DNA of 64,000 nucleotides from Escherichia coli O127:H6 str. E2348/69 (GTDB lineage Bacteria; Pseudomonadota; Gammaproteobacteria; Enterobacterales; Enterobacteriaceae): NCBI RefSeq assembly GCF_000026545.1, contig NC_011601.1; one strand, 5' to 3'. Shown piece by piece: positions 63,369 to 64,000 of this stretch (position 1 is its first letter; each line of letters starts with the position of its first letter). The notes under the pieces were generated by a model. It saw only the letters and a program-made list of their open reading frames with translations, ran no database searches and was not told where the DNA came from. The position numbers and the translations under genes were made by a program.

Positions 63369-64000
63369 ATGTCTATTGCGGTAACCACCACCGATCCGAC
63401 GAATACCGGCGTCAGTACCACCAGCAGTAGTTCGCTCACGGGCAGCAACGCCGCAGATTTACAAAGCAGTTTTCTGACTTTGTTGGTGGCGCAGCTGAAA
63501 AACCAGGACCCGACCAATCCAATGGAAAACAACGAGCTGACGTCGCAATTGGCACAAATCAGCACGGTCAGTGGGATTGAAAAACTCAATACCACGCTCG
63601 GATCTATTTCCGGACAGATTGATAACAGCCAGTCGTTACAGGCCAGTAACCTTATCGGTCACGGCGTGATGATCCCCGGTACCACTGTTCTTGCGGGAAC
63701 CGGCAGTGAAGAAGGGGCTGTGACCACGACCACGCCGTTTGGTGTTGAGTTGCAACAGGCAGCAGACAAAGTGACGGCCACCATCACCGATAAAAACGGC
63801 GCGGTCGTCCGTACCATTGATATCGGTGAACTGACTGCCGGAGTCCACAGTTTCACCTGGGACGGTACGTTGACTGACGGCAGCACTGCGCCGAACGGTT
63901 CTTACAATGTAGCGATTAGCGCCAGTAACGGTGGTACACAACTGGTTGCCCAGCCGCTGCAGTTTGCTCTGGTGCAGGGTGTGATCCGCGGCAACAACGG
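63369..64000 (+). CDS. flgD: Flagellar hook-capping protein FlgD, partial (runs off the right window edge)
   Basis: ATG at 63369; translation MSIAVTTTDPTNTGVSTTSSSSLTGSNAADLQSSFLTLLVAQLKNQDPTNPMENNELTSQLAQIS...; no stop inside the window. Confidence 0.9.
   Translation, partial: MSIAVTTTDPTNTGVSTTSSSSLTGSNAADLQSSFLTLLVAQLKNQDPTNPMENNELTSQLAQISTVSGIEKLNTTLGSISGQIDNSQSLQASNLIGHGVMIPGTTVLAGTGSEEGAVTTTTPFGVELQQAADKVTATITDKNGAVVRTIDIGELTAGVHSFTWDGTLTDGSTAPNGSYNVAISASNGGTQLVAQPLQFALVQGVIRGNN

Overview
The window reads as Escherichia coli chromosomal DNA in two parts. Coordinates ~1-29,000 are a horizontally acquired, IS-riddled island ending next to tRNA-Ser (serX). It carries a minus-strand type I R-M operon (hsdM-hsdS-darT-darG-hsdR) with a DarTG toxin-antitoxin/defence pair embedded between hsdS and hsdR; an AT-rich block of small unknown genes; IS3; an IS66-family remnant; IS629 nested in IS30 nested in an IS911-like element; and a CP4-44/CP4-57-like module (frameshifted yeeP/yfjP-type GTPase, Ag43 remnant with its GATC phase switch, DUF932, antirestriction, RadC-like, YeeT, CbeA/CbtA, YeeW). 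Between the Ag43 remnant and the DUF932 gene lies a translationally coupled three-gene operon (CrfC/YjdA-like dynamin GTPase, YjcZ-sized partner, patatin-like phospholipase), which is my best candidate for an undescribed defence system. Coordinates ~29,000-64,000 are conserved core genome syntenic with K-12 (ghrA-ycdXYZ, curli csgGFED/csgBAC, ymdAB-clsC, opgCGH, yceK through murJ, flgNMA/flgBCD) and look ordinary. All identifications come from reading the translated ORFs and recalled family motifs; no database search or computation was run, and start codons and IS boundaries may be off by a few bases.
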